Assembly: GCF_052425735.1 (NCBI RefSeq)
Contig: NC_135762.1
Location: 26,164,001 to 26,228,000, forward strand
Length of the DNA: 64,000 bases
Direction of reading: 5' to 3'
Source of the DNA: Oculina patagonica
Taxonomy: Eukaryota
The notes beneath the pieces were generated by a model. That model was given only the letters and a program-made list of their open reading frames with translations. It made no database searches and was not told the DNA's origin. A program made the position numbers and the translations under genes. Positions 63,851 to 64,000 of this stretch are shown piece after piece (positions within the stretch are counted from its first letter, which is position 1; each line of letters begins with the position of its first letter).

Positions 63851-64000
63851 AGGCGCGTTTACACAACAGAAAATTGGTGCGGACCACACCAATTTTGTAG
63901 AGAAACAGTCAAATCAAAACGGGGCCATAGGCGCCTATGGCCCCGTTTTGATTTGACTGTTTCCCTACAAAAGTGGTTAGGTCCGGACTATTTTATTCTA
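63851..64000. mobile_element. Palindromic MITE cut by the window edge
   Basis: GGCGCGTTTACAC start; perfect palindrome at 63902-63963. Confidence 0.65.

Overview
AT-rich, intron-containing animal DNA. The repeat landscape and intronless NRY-type GPCRs suggest a cnidarian, probably a stony coral; this is an inference. Genes reconstructed by hand with GT-AG boundaries and consistent intron phases: SUMF1 5' part (-), head-to-head with NXT/p15 (+); a complete 12-exon SUGT1 (-); three intronless melatonin-receptor-like class A GPCRs (-); and the first 8 exons of DNAJA3/Tid1 (+). About 6.3 kb (SUMF1 exon 1, NXT, SUGT1 3' end) is repeated on both sides of a 500-N gap, probably as two unmerged haplotypes. 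This repeat exposes insertion polymorphisms. The most notable non-genic signals are: (1) a ~240-bp polymorphic insertion in the last SUGT1 intron carrying an intact type I hammerhead ribozyme (retrozyme-like); (2) a minimal Penelope-type hammerhead in SUGT1 intron 7; (3) a young 5.5-kb LTR element that encodes only a Gag with an acidic tail and a hydrophobic C-terminal segment, inserted just upstream of a duplicated GPCR; (4) a circularly permuted 237-bp tandem array of tRNA-like units in a DNAJA3 intron. The window also holds many MITEs, SINE and LINE fragments, and a truncated BEL/Pao element. TE superfamily calls rest only on termini and TSDs.
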